64,000 nt of DNA from Octopus sinensis (lineage: Eukaryota): positions 106,950,001 to 107,014,000 of the forward strand of contig NC_042998.1 in NCBI RefSeq assembly GCF_006345805.1, read 5' to 3'. Shown piece after piece: positions 52,712-64,000 of this stretch. The notes beneath the pieces were generated by a model, which worked only from the letters and a program-made list of their open reading frames with translations, was not told the DNA's origin and made no database searches. The position numbers and the translations under genes were made by a program. Every line of letters starts with the position of its first letter. Position 1 is the stretch's first letter.

Positions 52712-54830
52712 GATTTCTTTTATTTACCACGGTGGTATTAAATAAAGGACACACAAGTACAGTTTACAATTCGGGCGGAGGTGGACGAATATATAAAAAT
52801 GAGGGGAAAAGAGGAAGAGAAGCGATAGAAGAGATAAAAAGTACACATAGTATACAAAATATGTAAACATATGGATGATGCAGTCCTCCTGATACAGGAG
52901 AGCCACTAACAGGGGCTAATCAAGGAACCTCACAGCTTCAGGATCACTTGAGTGCCAAGGAAACAAGCCCTTGCCAAACCTTTACTGGGCGAACGCTGGC
53001 ATCCATGGTGATCAAATATTACATGCACATTCAGCGAAACCATTTAGCCACAGCCATCAACCTTTTAATAAATTCATCGAGTGAGAGTTTTTCCCTCTTC
53101 ACTCTTAATTTTCTTTCCATGTGGAACTTGAAAAAGTCAATGAGGGCTTGACCAAAGAGGAAGGTGCCTGTCCTAATACTTTCAGCCTCATACGTCTTTC
53201 ACCATAGCAACTAGACAGAGGAACACCACCATCCCCGCCTTGTTAAAGATGGGTGGTTCGTCGACCCACACGATGGACTCGTGTGGTGCAGGTTTCGTCC
53301 TAGACGTAACAAGTGCTCTTCGACATAACTCCACAAATTAGAAATGTTAAGATACTGCACAAGTGTATGCAGCACAATCTCGTCGCTTTGCGCGCATCTC
53401 GAACAGATCCACCTGCTAATAATTCCGTACCTATACAGTTTATCTTGAACGGGTAGTGACAGGCTAGTGATTTCTGGAAGTTGTCTACAATAGTCTCCAG
53501 CCCGAAAGTCCTCCAAAGAACGTTGCTGACAGATGGACCGCCTGCCCAAAGAAACGTGTACCTTCCACAGGATGCGGAAAAACAGAAGCTCCAATTTGGG
53601 GGAAACGGAACTGAGCCAACGCACAACGATCAGGCAATAGACATGACAGAGTTGATTAAGTATTCACTGCTGCTACTCGGCCTATCAGAGATGACCATCC
53701 TGTTCGTAACCTCATTTCAGTTTCTGTCCACCTGGGTTTCCAGACTAAACCAGACCCCGAGAAGTTCAACCAATTCATCTGCCCATCAACCTACTTTGAT
53801 GTTCGGCGGGTGTGGCCTTGCCTCTCCAGATGCCGTGCTACAAGCCCACCAACTTTTCCTGGATTCATCTTTTCTCCTTTCATTGTTTCGAATTCTTTTA
53901 GAATTGAGCCGACTACTTTCATATCCGTGGTATCTGACATCATGACAATGAATCTGTCAGTGTATGCTGACCATCCTTCTCGCTCCCCAGTTCAAAAGAG
54001 ATGCTCTTCAAGAGTGCTAACTCCTGCAGTATTACTCGAAACCCAATACGTGTATAAGAAGCAAAAAAAGGATATCCTTGTCGGACCGAGCGCGCGATAT
54101 AAAACGGTTCCGCGAGATGATCGTTCACTTTGACCACCGACCAAGTTCCACTGTGCATTGCTACAATCAAGCTTCTGAAAACGAGTCCGAAAATAGCTGC
54201 TAAGTAACGACGGTCGTCTCTGTCGAAAGCTTTCGCCTGATCAAAATTGGTCAGAGCTCCACCAACGCTATATTTGATAATTGCTTCCCCTATGATATAT
54301 CGGATGGGGGGATGGTGCTGTCGTAGATGAATCAGTTGGGGATCGCGCCTGTTTGTGCTTACTCGACCAAACTGCCAACGACAAGCGCTATCCTTTTTGT
54401 TCACACCTTAGCAAAAATCTTAACTCAACATTTAGCAGGGTCATGGGCCACAAATTTGCTTTATTAGCATCCTTTTCTAGCAGCATTAGCGTGCGCCGGA
54501 TCACAGAACTTTAAAATTTTCTCGTCTTCAAAGAGGTAGTCAAACAACTGATAGAGCAGACTATCCAAACTGGTAGCTTTTTCTCTTGCGTAACATTTTT
54601 TCACTTAGTTATTAGCTTTGCAGAGTTCTTAACATATTCTGGTGAGAGCCGTGGTAGACCGTCGTGTAGGCAGCATAAACGTTTTCATAACCGTTTCTTA
54701 GCTATTCCTTACTCCGAACAATCGACTAAAGTGTTGCTCCAGCAACGCACACATCTGCCTGAAACTGAGAAGTATGCGCCCATCCTGGCACCTCGTAGTC
54801 CAAATTATGATTTTATTGTCTCATCGCATC
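52712..54830 (-). mobile_element. Tx1/L1-like LINE, old decayed copy
   Basis: DQAKAFDRDDRRYL…IARSVRQG; LPVQDKLYRYG…CSRCAQSDEIVLHTLVQ. 3' end GTAAATAAAAGAAATCC. Confidence 0.88.
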
Positions 54831-55047
54831 TCTGCCTCTCGTGTCCGTCGAGGGGCTTTTGTTCTCTTTTGTTTTAGCACATAAGCTCTAGCTCTGACAA
54901 CACAGCCAACATTACTAAACTTAAACGCAAGCTATTTAGCCAAAAATTTCTTATTTACCAAAGTCCAGTCAACGCCGTGTCGCGAAGAAGTAATTAAAAC
55001 ATCGATTTCAGTATTTGGCTCGTATTAGTTTACGTACAAACACACCC

Positions 55048-55149
<102 letters not shown>

Positions 55150-55229
55150 AAATAGTAAAAAGGGAAAAAACTACAGAAGCCTTGTTTTAAAAGGTTAAAA
55201 AAATATATATTTGAGTCAATATGTCTGAA

Positions 55230-55616
55230 GAATGTTATAGATTTTTTTCATACAATGACATAGTATAGAAGAAATGACCGGTTTCGCGTTCAGGTTTTCA
55301 AATTTCTTAAAACATTATGTTTACGTTGAGCGGTGATCTAGATAATAAGTGATTTCTTCCGGTGTAAGGGAGATAATCGCTTAAAATTATTTGCCTTTCT
55401 TTTGGATTGAGTTTCTCTGTATAAGTATGTTGGAATGGTTAAGTTTGGGCTTGCATTTTTCAATGAAAAATGTTTCCTTGTTTAGTCTAATTTGTGTTGG
55501 TGTTTCGATAGCACATTGGTAGAATGGAAAGATTAGAAATTGTGGTAGTAGTTGCTTTGCGCATTTCTCAATGTGCTCACTAAAGGGTATCATTCTGTAT
55601 TCTTTTATTCTTTTAT
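55230..55616 (-). mobile_element. Penelope-like GIY-YIG C-terminus and 3' terminus
   Basis: IPFSEHIEKC…FLIFPFY…RLNKETFFIEKCKPKLN. Downstream CCTGAA…GAAACCGGTC is a hammerhead-like remnant. Confidence 0.65.
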
Positions 55617-55995
55617 GTGTTTCAGTCATTTGACTGAGGCCATGCTAGAGCACTGCCTCTAGTCGAACAAAACGACCCCAGAACTTATTCTTTGTAAGGT
55701 TAGTACTTATTCTATCGGTTTCTTTTACTGAACCGCTAAGTTACGGAGACGTAAACACACCAACATCGGTTGTCAAGCGATGGCAGGGGGACAAATAGAC
55801 ACACAAATACATATATATGTGTGTGTATGCGACAGGCTTCTTTCCGTTTCCGTCTACCAAATCCACTCACAAGGCTTTGGTCAGCCAGTGGCTATAGTAG
55901 AAGACACTTGCCGAAGGTGTCACGCAGTGGGACTGAACCCGGAACCATGCGGTTGGGAATCAACCTTTTTACCACACAGCCACTCCAGCGCCTAT
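55617..55995 (-). mobile_element. SINE family A, full-length
   Basis: Reverse complement of head, body and tail matching 25099-25564. Confidence 0.92.
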
Positions 55996-55997
55996 AT

Positions 55998-56055
<58 letters not shown>

Positions 56056-56071
56056 ATATATATATATATAT

Positions 56072-56720
56072 ACACATACATATATGGGTACAGGACGTCT
56101 CCAACGGTGCAATACGTAAACAAGAGGGGGGAAAACGAGTGAAACACGTAAACAACGAAAAAAATGGAAAACAGGACAAGTTAGCACAGGGAAAAGACCC
56201 TTTATCAGTAGTCGGCTGTCTATCTACTCCTCATTTCGAGCATTCAACGACAATATGAGTCTTCAAAGATAGTTGGTCCCATAAATTCTAAAATAAACTT
56301 TAGGATTTATGGAAGGTCAAAGTTGGGAACAAAAAAATGACAGTGGAAACATACAAGGAAACCGAACGAAAACAGACTAGAATTAGAGGAAATTAGTGAA
56401 CGTTAGGAGAACCATTTTTTTGAAAAGCGAAAGGATAGAACAGAGAAAGAAAAACACATCTGTTCGTTTAAGCGTCCGGGCAGGAAAAGAAAGATGGTCA
56501 CGTGAGAAAAAGCAAGATGGGCAATGGTCACGTGTGAGCAACGAGAACAAGAGAAAGAGGAGAGAGAGAGACAGATAGGAAACGGTGAAGGAAGGATGAG
56601 GAGAAAATAGGAATTATAGAAGGACGGACGAATAAAACAGAATAGAGTAGAGAGTGGCATCAAAAAGGTGAAGATAAACTTACTTGGAAATGGATGCATC
56701 GCGTTCAATTAGATAATAAG

Positions 56721-56812
<92 letters not shown>

Positions 56813-57484
56813 ATATACACATACATATATGGGTACAGGACGTCTCCAACGGTGCAAATACGTAAACAAGAGGGGGGAAAACGAGTGAAACACGTAAACA
56901 ACGAAAAAAATGGAAAACAGGACAAGTTAGCACAGGGAAAAGACCCTTTATCAGTAGTCGGCTGTCTATCTACTCCTCATTTCGAGCATTCAACGACAAT
57001 ATGAGTCTTCAAAGATAGTTGGTCCCATAAATTCTAAAATAAACTTTAGGATTTATGGAAGGTCAAAGTTGGGAACAAAAAAATGACAGTGGAAACATAC
57101 AAGGAAACCGAACGAAAACAGACTAGAATTAGAGGAAATTAGTGAACGTTAGGAGAACCATTTTTTTGAAAAGCGAAAGGATAGAACAGAGAAAGAAAAA
57201 CACATCTGTTCGTTTAAGCGTCCGGCAGGAAAAGAAAGATGGTCACGTGAGAAAAAGCAAGATGGGCAATGGTCACGTGTGAGCAACGAGAACAAGAGAA
57301 AGAGGAGAGAGAGAGACAGATAGGAAACGGTGAAGGAAGGATGAGGAGAAAATAGGAATTATAGAAGGACGGACGAATAAAACAGAATAGAGTAGAGAGT
57401 GGCATCAAAAAGGTGAAGATAAACTTACTTGGAAATGGATGCATCGCGTTCAATTAGATAATAAGTCATATATATATATATATA

Positions 57485-57536
<52 letters not shown>

Positions 57537-57620
57537 TATATGGGTAAAGGACATCACCAACGGTGCAAATAACATGAAATACATAAACAAACCAGGGAAA
57601 AACGAGTGAATTATGTAAAC
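56072..57620 (-). repeat. Two near-identical ~745-bp Penelope-like units plus a short third start
   Basis: Copies at 56072-56723 and 56817-57468 are separated by (TA)n and differ by two 1-bp homopolymer indels. A partial unit begins at 57540. Confidence 0.9.
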
Positions 57621-58189
57621 AAACAAAAGATGATGGTGTTATGCATCAACTAAATGGTTGCGATCGTTTCATCGTTTCGATAGCTACTAGAACCATGTCA
57701 CCCATCTACACGTTGGTTTGAACATATACAATTTATATAAATACAAACAATAATCCACTTCATCAGATCTGTTAAAATTACTTTGATTTATTTTGAGAAT
57801 TTCCAATAAATATATTGAAAGATGATAGGTTGCAGAATATTCTAGTAAAAAATTTATAAGCGTGTATTCACCCTATCCAAGATATTTCACTGGATGGACA
57901 TTGTAGATAACGGACATATCAGATCACTTTCTTTGATTTTGTAAAAACCCGTTAACCCTTCGATCCCTGGTAGGTCATGAGGTCATCAAGAACACTAGCA
58001 TTATTATAGATTGAATCAAGATAAATTTGTCAGCTATGTGGAATTTTATTGTGAATTTTTAGGAATGTTTTATTAAATAAGTGTAAGAAACGGATTGATA
58101 CTCATTATGTTGACTGATTAAATTAAAATTACCGAGCAAAAATTACAGCTACTACTCCTACCTCTGTTTTGAAGAGCACAACCTAAAAC

Positions 58190-58660
58190 TGACTACGAAA
58201 TTAAGTAGTCTATATTTTTCTTCTTTATCGACCCCGAAAGTATGAAAGACAAAGTCGACGTCAGTTGGGTTACGCCTATATAATAACAGACGTTATTGGG
58301 TGTTTTAGTGGAAAATGTACATATTAACTTATTTCTCAGACATTGGTTATTTACGGGGCATTTATCATGACTCCTACAGTTGCACGTACTACTGAGTTTG
58401 TTGCAATAAAGGATTTTATTCATTCTATTGATGTTAATGGAATTACTAAGAAGAGATACACTATATTTTTGTCTACCGGATAGATATGTATCATTTGTAA
58501 CAGACGTTGGTTAGTACTTCTCGCCTGAATAATTAAACATACATTTACTATTTCTAAAAGTATTGAATTTCTTTGTTAATAACGGCTATAATTTCCAGCA
58601 GATTAGGAATAGTGGAATATGCAAATTTCACGGTAGGACTACTGAATATCTTATATTCCA
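58190..58660 (-). mobile_element. Penelope-like element remnant (RT end, Cys linker, GIY-YIG start)
   Basis: PTVKFAYSTIPNLLEII…TCNCRSHDKCPVNNQCL…CYYIGVT. Confidence 0.75.
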
Positions 58661-58781
58661 CTATACTTAATCTAGCAGATAATATATAATATAAATTTCG
58701 TGTGTGTATGTGTACGTGTATGAGCATGTATATGTATATCCATATTTACACACACACCACACACACATATATATATACAAT

Positions 58782-58836
<55 letters not shown>

Positions 58837-58854
58837 TATATATATCCTTAAATC

Positions 58855-59120
58855 CTTAAAAATGTTTCAGCCCGAAAGCTGCGGCCATGCCGGGGCACCA
58901 CCGTTGACTGTGCCACACTAGTATGTGAAACCACCTCTGATACGTGGCACTTGGTCAACAAGAGAGTTCGACGCCGACGCCTGCATCTGTGTTTTCTGCT
59001 GACAGGTAGGTTCATCTGGAATCCTTGACAAGAAGAGAACGAGTTTAGTTTTAAAGAAACCCATATCCACACCGTGCAGGTCTCTCAGGCATTTAGGAAG
59101 AATATTGAAAGGAATAATTG
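58855..59120 (-). mobile_element. CR1/L2-like LINE 3' end
   Basis: FNILPKCLRDLHGVDMGFFKTKLVLFLSRIPDEP…SNSLVDQ. Tail GGTGCCCCGGCATGGCCGCAGCTTTCGGGCTGAAAC. Confidence 0.72.
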
Positions 59121-59248
59121 TAAGAATAAGCAAGTTATGCAAGTCCATATACACAAAATATTAAAAACATTTAATACAATTATATCAAATGTATTAAATC
59201 TATTTAATACTTTTTGTATATCGACTTGCCTAACTTGCTTATCATTAC
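59120..59248. other. Foldback hairpin, ~60-bp arms, 7-nt loop
   Basis: 59120-59180 is the reverse complement of 59188-59248 with roughly 9-10 mismatches. Confidence 0.88.
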
Positions 59249-59320
59249 ATTTACTCCTCAACCTGCTCAAGTTTAAATCTCTCGAGCACTACGAAGTGTA
59301 TTGTATACAGAGAATATCTG

Positions 59321-59395
<75 letters not shown>

Positions 59396-59557
59396 TATAT
59401 GCATGTATGTATGTATGTATGTATATACATATATGTATTATGTATGTATATATGTATTTATGTATATGTATATTCGCACACTTACATTGTCACGCACACA
59501 CACATGTATGCACATAATATGTATGTATTATATATATTTACTTTTACAAGGTAATGG

Positions 59558-59811
59558 TTGACAGTAACTTCGAAGTTTCAGTTTGCTCGCCTTTATCAGC
59601 GCAGTCGTATTTTCAGATATTGTTTCTAGGTGGGTTTCAGTATATTCTTTATAGAGGAGTATATAGGATATTACTGCATCCTTTCTTGTTTCAATTATGT
59701 TTTCATGCCAAGTTATGGTTTTCTATCACAACTGTATACAGACAGGAAGAACCAAACAAAATCACAATGTGACGGCGGCGAAGAAACTGAAAGTTCGAAA
59801 GTCACTGTCAA
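59558..59811. mobile_element. Possible MITE (35-bp imperfect inverted termini)
   Basis: TTGACAGTAACTTCGAAGTTTCAGTTTGCTCGCC (59558-59591) vs the reverse complement of 59777-59811. No clear TSD. Confidence 0.45.
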
Positions 59812-59870
59812 TCTTTCTCTTGTGAAAGTTAATAAAAATGTACACTGCTAAAAAGTATTGATGTTGAATT

Positions 59871-59951
<81 letters not shown>

Positions 59952-60499
59952 ACTTGACATGAAAACAAATATTAATGTACTTAATACACATGCATACATT
60001 CATACATACATATAGACATACGTGCATGCGTACGGACGGACGGACATACACCACACATACAGAGGGATAGATGTCTGTATAAACACACACTCACACACAT
60101 ACACACACACACAAACACATACACACACATATATATATATACTCGTTTATATATATGGAATTTAATATTTCTTGAAAATGGAGTAAGGCAAAGATGTCTC
60201 ATATCATCGCATCTCATTAACATATATTATGCAGAAGTATAATGCAATTCGTGTTTGTATTGGTCGAACGTGCCATGAAACTGAGTGAACATTGTAGGAT
60301 CTGCAAAATGCGCAATATATAAGTATATAGTATTAAACTTTGGCACCATAAAAGAATTCCTGAATAGATTCTGTAGGACCATAAAAACAATTTGAAGGCA
60401 TGGATTATATATAAATGTCAATAAAATAGTAATTAAGATAATAATGTAAGATAGCAGTAAGTGAATGCAAGAAAAGCAAACAATTTATTAATCTGGGAA

Positions 60500-61760
60500 A
60501 GATTGAAAATGATATCAAATTTGTCCAACTATAAGCTAACATCACTAGTACCTATGTGACAGCATGGAAATAAGTATATGAAAAGTTCTAAGCAAAATGC
60601 AATTGTATCGCTAAAGATTTTTAGCACTAGGTCGTCATCTCTGAAAACGAGAACACCTACGTTAGATGACGAAAAATATGTAACTGGAATTTTTTGAAGC
60701 ATTCGAATATTGGTCGTTTTTGTTATTATTATTTTGGTCTGACATAAATGACTGTGCGCATAGCATTTGTAGACCCTCCTCAAGATTAATGCAGTCAGTG
60801 TTCTGCTTAAACTGGTGCAAAATATAACCATATGAAGGAAGTTAATTACAATTGTTTCCCAAGTACTGCCAGATTTCCCCTACTACTGTAACACTCTCTT
60901 TGTTCTTTCCAACATGATATTGAGAACAATATCCTTCTCTAAAATCACTTTTGATGCTTCAATTTTCTTTTTGTCTCGTTAATTGCCCACTTTATATTTT
61001 AACTGTTCTTTGCCCATTTCTTAATCATTCATTATTGTCTGTAATCCCAACATGGCAGCTCTTCGTTTAATTTAATTTGAACACTTTCCACTTCTTCCAG
61101 CCTAGAGCTAAAGAAAAGCAAACTTATCTAATATTTCCACCATCTGAACTGCACTCTTATATTCCTTTTAGCGTGAAGTTGACATAACTTTAGTGAAAAC
61201 CTTTGTACTTTCATCTATCTTTTCCTACATTCTTCTCAAACCTTCATCTTCTGTCAAGATGGTTGAGTCAAATGCGTATTTCAGGTAACTTATTGTTTGT
61301 CTTATTATTTTAACTCCTTCCACTACATCCAGTCATGGTTTTCTTGCATTTCCACAGGACCAGTTCAAAAATTTAGGGGTAAGTATACAACTTTGTCTAA
61401 TCCTTTCCTTGACTGTAAACTTTCCAGTATGTTCAGATTATGTAACTTACTGTAACTTTTTGTACCGTACAACGGTTTCATATCAAGACTAAATGCTTCG
61501 GCATATCAATTCCTCTCATCCACGACTATCGTTGAATATTTTACACAAAAGTTTTACTTTAATCGATGAAGCATGCACAAGCTACTTGCACTTCTTCCTA
61601 GATGCTTCCGTTATTCATCACAGATTTGCAATTTTGTTTCTTATTTCCATTCCTTTCTTAAAACAAACTTCTGCAGGCAATTTCCTTTCCGAAATTAGTT
61701 CAAGCCAGTTGTGAATAATTTTGCTTACATGAGATGTAAGGACAACAGTTCTATAATTAT
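60500..61760 (-). mobile_element. Heavily decayed R4-like LINE relic
   Basis: Traces such as FID*SKTF…SWM (resembling WIDYKKAFDSVPHSW) and GLDKVV. Mostly unreadable. Confidence 0.33.
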
Positions 61761-62225
61761 TGCTCTTTCGCACATTCCCTTTCTCTGAAATGGCGATATA
61801 TATATAAGGTTTTGTAAATAATTCAATGACATCATCATCAGCTGTTTCATGATGTCAGCTAGTGATATCGAACCTAAGATTAAAGTGTACTTCTTAACCA
61901 TTCGGTGATATATACAAACATACATTATGTACATAAGTTAAAGAGCAAGACTTATTTTGGGTTAAAAGGAAATATATTTCCTTTACATCTTTTCCACTGA
62001 GTAAGTAAAACTTGATTCAGAAACAAAAAATACGCACGCACGTACAAACACACACGCACACACGTGGTGCGCGCGCACGTATTGTTACTGACGATTTCAA
62101 TTCTGCGAAATGATTGAATAACTCTCGGAGTGAACAATATATATTTGGTGAGGTCAAAATTGCTTCAGACGTTTTAGAGCCGTAAGACTTGATTAATATA
62201 TGCACATACGTTTTCTTGGTGTATA

Positions 62226-62290
<65 letters not shown>

Positions 62291-62332
62291 GAGAATCCAA
62301 ACCCACCTTATTTCTTAATTAAAATTGTAGAG

Positions 62333-62619
62333 CAGTGGTTCCCAAAGTGAGTAGTACTGCCCCCATGAGGGCGATGGAGAGATCCAGAGGAGGCGTTGAA
62401 GAAAAGTGGGACGGTAATGAGGACGCTAAAGAGGTCAATGGATGTAAAATAAGAACCCCAAGTAATTGGTTAATCAGGGCACGTTTCACTTACGAAATAC
62501 AGTTGTTTTGAATTTGCTTCAGAAAGTGGTCAATGTTTGTAGTGATGAGTAGCTGAAGTGCTAGGAACGTGGTCCGGGTATGAAGGGGGCGGCAGCCTGA
62601 AAAGCTTTGGGAACCACTG
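62333..62619. mobile_element. hAT (Charlie-like) MITE
   Basis: Perfect 15-bp TIR CAGTGGTTCCCAAAG / CTTTGGGAACCACTG. 8-bp TSD TTGTAGAG / CCGTAGAG matches 6/8. Confidence 0.87.
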
Positions 62620-63090
62620 CCGTAGAGTATTATTAGAGGAAGATTTGGCAGCTATTTCTAACAAGTCAAGCGACCAGGTAGGAACTCCCTTATGGGCCAT
62701 ACAGACTTTGGTTATAGCTGAAGTGAAAATGTAGATATAGAATTGTTTTGGTGATAAGATAAACATTCTAGAAGCAAAATTGCTATATATTATGCGTAGT
62801 AATTAGATTTAAATTTATTGTTTAAGCCCCCACTTAATTAAAGAATACCCTTTTATAATATTGAACTAGAATAATTGACATTTAATTGTTATGTCTGACA
62901 GAGTTTAAAGCCCGTAGCAACTTTAACATGAAAATATTGGATTTATACAGTCTTCTGTTACATGATGTGAATTAAGGCAGGCTTAGACCACTTAAGCCAC
63001 TTGCAACCACTCCCAATCCTCCGGGGCTCACAAATCTGTAATCCACACCCATAATCTAAGTCTTCTCTCATGATGGGAAAGCAAGATCCT

Positions 63091-63148
63091 TTTGTCCTAA
63101 TATGTTGGCCATATGAGAAAACTCATATGGCCAACATATTGGGACAAA
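63091..63148. other. 27-bp-stem hairpin with AAAA loop
   Basis: TTTGTCCTAATATGTTGGCCATATGAG-AAAA-CTCATATGGCCAACATATTGGGACAAA; a single T·G pair. Confidence 0.93.
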
Positions 63149-63539
63149 TTACACCAAGAAATAAATTCTTTTATGGCAAAATAATTACGCCAACAAGCGA
63201 CATTTATTGTATCCAAGAATTCGATTATTCTAATTTTAGTCCGAAAAATGATGAGTGTAATATTATTCCCAAAAGTATGGAGAAAACACAAATAACAGCA
63301 GGTAGGCCACTTTCTTAGACAGACATACCGTCAACAACGTTGATACAGTGTGTCGCAACAAATCTGGTTCCTACTGCCATTGTATTACACACAGATATGC
63401 TGACCACCCTACTGCTACACCATATTCCCTGATAGTCCATATTCTGTCAGTGAAGCAGCTGAGGTGTATTCTTAGCGAGGTCTTTTAAGAGATTTACAGC
63501 AGTGTAATGTCTCTTCATTTTTGGCAAATTAATGTTTGT

Positions 63540-64000
63540 TTATATGCCGTCCAAGCAACTGCAAACTAGTATCTTAAAGATACCGAAGAGTCAAAGAAAG
63601 GTAAAAACATTAAAAATGTGCCATGATGGATTTGGCAAAATAAAAAAGATCGTTGATGGACTGAAAACTATGTTATGTAGCGTTACTAATACATGCAAAC
63701 ATAAATAACTACACTCTCTGTCAACAAAGCGAGACAATAAAATAGAAAGGGAAAAATTGAATACACTTGAGTATAAATTAAATGCTGCTAGTGAAAAGCT
63801 TCGACAAAGAAGGACAGTAGCGAGAAGAAAAAAAATCAACAAGAAATTTAATCGATGCCAGTCAGCAGTTTATAAAGATATGAGGCCATAATCAATAAGT
63901 GTGACAGAGGATTGTTCCCAGGAAGATATGGGTGAATTCTGGAGAAAAATCTGGAGTGAGGAAAAGGGGTTTAAACAGGATACAGTATGGTGAAAAGAAA
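63540..64000 (+). mobile_element. R4/Dong-like LINE, pre-RT region (continues past the window end)
   Basis: KLRQRRTVARRKKINKKFNRCQSAVYK…EFWRKIWSEEKGF. Confidence 0.65.

Overview
AT-rich, microsatellite-saturated eukaryotic DNA. From my recall of the families, the SINE/LINE repertoire looks like octopus or another coleoid cephalopod; this is inference, not a database result. No confidently identifiable host protein gene is present, and most ORF-track entries are translations of simple repeats. The window is a nested transposon graveyard. DNA transposons: a decayed mariner, a decayed maT/DD37D-like element, hAT-, pogo- and possibly piggyBac-type MITEs, and Helitron-like non-autonomous elements. 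Retroelements: three tRNA-derived SINE families, RTE, R4/Dong-like, Tx1/L1-like (one copy with a long open RT frame), CR1/L2-like and Penelope-like remnants. One RNA gene copy is clear: a mutated U6 snRNA (24989-25095) joined almost directly to a full-length SINE. Other notable structures are a minimal hammerhead-ribozyme motif (13477-13511), a candidate HDV-like ribozyme remnant (6492-6576), several long near-perfect hairpins, and two tandem duplications whose copies differ only by 1-bp indels (possible assembly artefacts). A few weak candidate exons lie on the minus strand. All alignments and counts were done by eye.
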